Origin: Phoronis australis
Lineage: Eukaryota > Animalia > Phoronida
Assembly: GCA_002633005.1 (NCBI GenBank)
Contig: NMRA01000003.1
Span: 777,665-841,664 of the forward strand
Length of the DNA stretch: 64,000 nt
Reading direction: 5' to 3'
Each line of letters opens with the position of its first letter. The first letter of the stretch is position 1. Below are positions 63,527 through 64,000 of this stretch, piece after piece. Position numbers and translations under genes: made by a program. Below the pieces are notes generated by a model. The model was not told where the DNA came from and did no database searches. It worked only from the letters and a program-made list of their open reading frames with translations.

Positions 63527-63720
63527 AGTGGCGGATCTAGGGTATCACAAGGGGGGCCCAACATTTTGTCCGGCTGGAAGCATTTGCGCAATCTGAACCA
63601 CGATTGTAGATGCGCATAGCACCGAATGGGGGGAGGTCGGGAGGGGGGTTTGCCCCCCTTCCGCCCAGGAAATTTTTCTGTTTTTACCTCTAAAAATCAA
63701 GCATTTGCCTCGATTCCTGA
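63527..63720 (+). mobile_element. Start of a CAGTGGCGGATCTAG-TIR family element
   Basis: Begins CAGTGGCGGATCTAGGG; inverted relative to 62533-62651. Confidence 0.8.
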
Positions 63721-63790
63721 AGTATTATCCAAGAAAAAAAGGCAAAAAAAAAGCACGGAGAACGTGTCAAACAGGAAAAAAAATGCAAGT

Positions 63791-63853
63791 GTCAAAGAAT
63801 CGAACTCACAACCTAGAGGGTTGAGCGCGCGTACGTTACCACTACACCACCAC
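63791..63853 (-). mobile_element. tRNA-derived head (SINE-like, Pol III A and B boxes)
   Basis: The minus strand reads GTGGTGTAGTGGTAAC...GGTTGTGAGTTCGATTC, followed by T-runs. No convincing acceptor stem. Confidence 0.55.
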
Positions 63854-64000
63854 GATTTAACTAAAATTCCCATACTAAAAGACTTACTTGTTTATGGGCC
63901 ACAGCGTTTGCGCGCGTAACCTACTTCTTTTTGTAATGCTTATTACACGTTTTATATTTTGTGTCATCAATTCTTAACAAATTTGTCGTATTTGAAATAG

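Noticed and set aside
63791-63853. Functional tRNA gene
   Set aside because: A and B boxes are present, but the acceptor and anticodon stems do not pair convincingly.

Overview
AT-rich, intron-containing genomic DNA from an animal, most likely an invertebrate bilaterian; the species cannot be determined from the sequence. Three host genes lie on the + strand, reconstructed by hand from GT-AG splice sites with matching phases. (1) A two-exon SOCS-box gene resembling insect STOPS and vertebrate ASB17 (CDS 3284-3533 + 6776-7713). (2) A complete three-exon Pitx gene with a K50 homeodomain and an OAR domain (15659-15752, 18875-19083, 21235-21708; 258 aa). (3) The first five coding exons of a divergent SLCO/OATP transporter (49499-59810), which probably continues beyond the window. 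The rest is non-coding DNA and mobile elements: an intact single-ORF CR1/L2-group LINE bounded by a 13-bp TSD and carrying a 2A-like ribosome-skipping motif, a TTAA-flanked Kolobok-type DNA transposon plus an inverted partial copy, decayed LINE, Penelope and possible Crypton remnants, MITEs, SINE-like pieces and tandem repeats. The most notable observations are an ASE-like FoxH1/Smad/Nkx2 motif cluster in the last Pitx intron, the 2A-bearing LINE, two inverted Kolobok ends bracketing the first SLCO exons, a duplicated decoy splice acceptor in SLCO, and loss of the OATP signature motif. All family assignments rest on remembered motifs; no database search was run.
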